Position numbers and translations under genes: made by a program | Notes under the pieces: generated by a model | The model's database searches: none | The model's input: the letters and a program-made list of their open reading frames with translations, nothing else | What the model was told of the DNA's origin: nothing | In this document: positions 63,301-64,000 of the stretch, in pieces | How positions within the stretch are numbered: position 1 is the first letter of the stretch | Layout: the number at the start of each line of letters is the position of its first letter | Source: Styela clava | Taxonomy: Eukaryota | Length of the DNA: 64,000 nucleotides | Assembly (NCBI RefSeq): GCF_964204865.1 | Contig: NC_135253.1 | Location: forward strand, 1,426,001 to 1,490,000 | Reading direction: 5' to 3'

Positions 63301-63842
63301 TATGGGAACTAGTTAACCAGGTATCACAGGTGCAATGTTCAAGAATGTCCCTGCTGCTTAATATGGTTCACCAACGTTTTACACCTAAATCATCGTATCA
63401 CATGTATATATCAACTGCTTAAATTTTTAGAGCATGCACCCCCTTGATGTATTTGAAATACATCAGTTATAGATAAAAAATTCAAAATACTTTTCACATG
63501 CAGTATTTGAACAACTTCAACAGCGTGTTATGGAATTTATACTTGATACCTTCACTGCTGGCTGCAACAGAAAAGTATTTACTTGTCTAACTGCAATGAA
63601 AGAACAAGCAATATCTGTGAGTTTTTTTCTCAACTGTTTTGAATGCTTCCTTTGCGGAGTAGACTAGTCACTAAATCAGAATTTGTTGATCTTTGTCACA
63701 AATAACATTCGTCTTTTCTTTTAGAAAAATGTCGCTCATCTGTACAATACATTCTTGAAACGTCTAAAACCTATGTTGATTGCTGATAAAATTAAAATGC
63801 AATATTGGAAAGAAATGACAGAATTACAGTTGACACTAATTG
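57374..63842 (+). CDS. XRCC5: Ku80, 15 exons in window, 3' partial
   Basis: Exons approximately 57374-57391, 57732-57845, 58272-58455, 58730-58778, 59117-59244, 59597-59794, 60014-60162, 60657-60760, 60984-61159, 61400-61578, 62015-62119, 62263-62520, 62952-63135, 63504-63616, 63725-63842. Motifs [70 protein letters not shown]. Confidence 0.95.
58456..58729 (+). other. U12-type (minor spliceosome) GT-AG intron in XRCC5
   Basis: 5' site GTATCCTTT; branch-like TTCCTTAG at 58706-58713, about 17 nt before AG; removal restores ETD-F-LDAL. Confidence 0.85.
61725..61834. mobile_element. 110-bp fold-back MITE in XRCC5 intron, related to 23001-23237
   Basis: AAGTATGTGCACCAAGATGGCGCACAACCTGAAC is mirrored; central GGTTAGGGTT; perfect 8-bp TSD GCCTTTTC at 61717-61724 and 61835-61842. 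Confidence 0.9.
62690..62849 (-). mobile_element. tRNA-derived SINE fragment in XRCC5 intron
   Basis: Minus strand GGCAGTTGGTGCAGCATG (A-box-like) ... GGTTCGAATTC (B-box); does not fold as a normal tRNA. Confidence 0.6.
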
Positions 63843-64000
63843 GTGAGTATAATCCAGGCCTGTACAACTCAAATGAACGAAAGGGCAGCAACTTACAAAA
63901 ATATTTGTTCATGAGCCGCAACGCAAGTTATCATTATTACTATTCAACTTATATCATGTTATATTTTCGTAATATAGCATATGAACGATGTAACACAAGA

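Overview
AT-rich, intron-containing animal DNA, not prokaryotic. The proteins are chordate-like and the gene spacing and repeat content are ascidian-like, but that taxon call is inference. Host genes reconstructed by hand from GT-AG junctions: (1) a 24-exon SLC4A11-like transporter (+, 3374-20331, about 919 aa) with a candidate alternative first exon; (2) a tightly spaced minus-strand pair, NDUFB2 then SDHD, downstream of a putative bidirectional promoter at about 29.9-30.0 kb; (3) a tightly spaced plus-strand trio, OMA1, intronless LRRC40 and XRCC5/Ku80 (runs off the window), with a U12-type minor intron in Ku80. The 30-51 kb interval is a pile-up of transposons. An intact, very young BEL/Pao LTR retrotransposon (833-bp LTRs with no difference seen, 5-bp TSD, 2104-aa ORF) is nested in a deleted hAT element (8-bp TSD), which interrupts a decayed coding sequence. 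The interval also holds a decayed ISL2EU element and several MITEs. A decayed Gypsy-like gag-protease lies at about 23.7-25.8 kb. The most unusual signal is in the BEL element: TG...TA termini, no tRNA-type primer-binding site, an array of four CAAG-loop hairpins in that position, and an intron-like segment inside the LTR. The probable polycistronic or shared-leader organisation of the mitochondrial and housekeeping genes is also notable.
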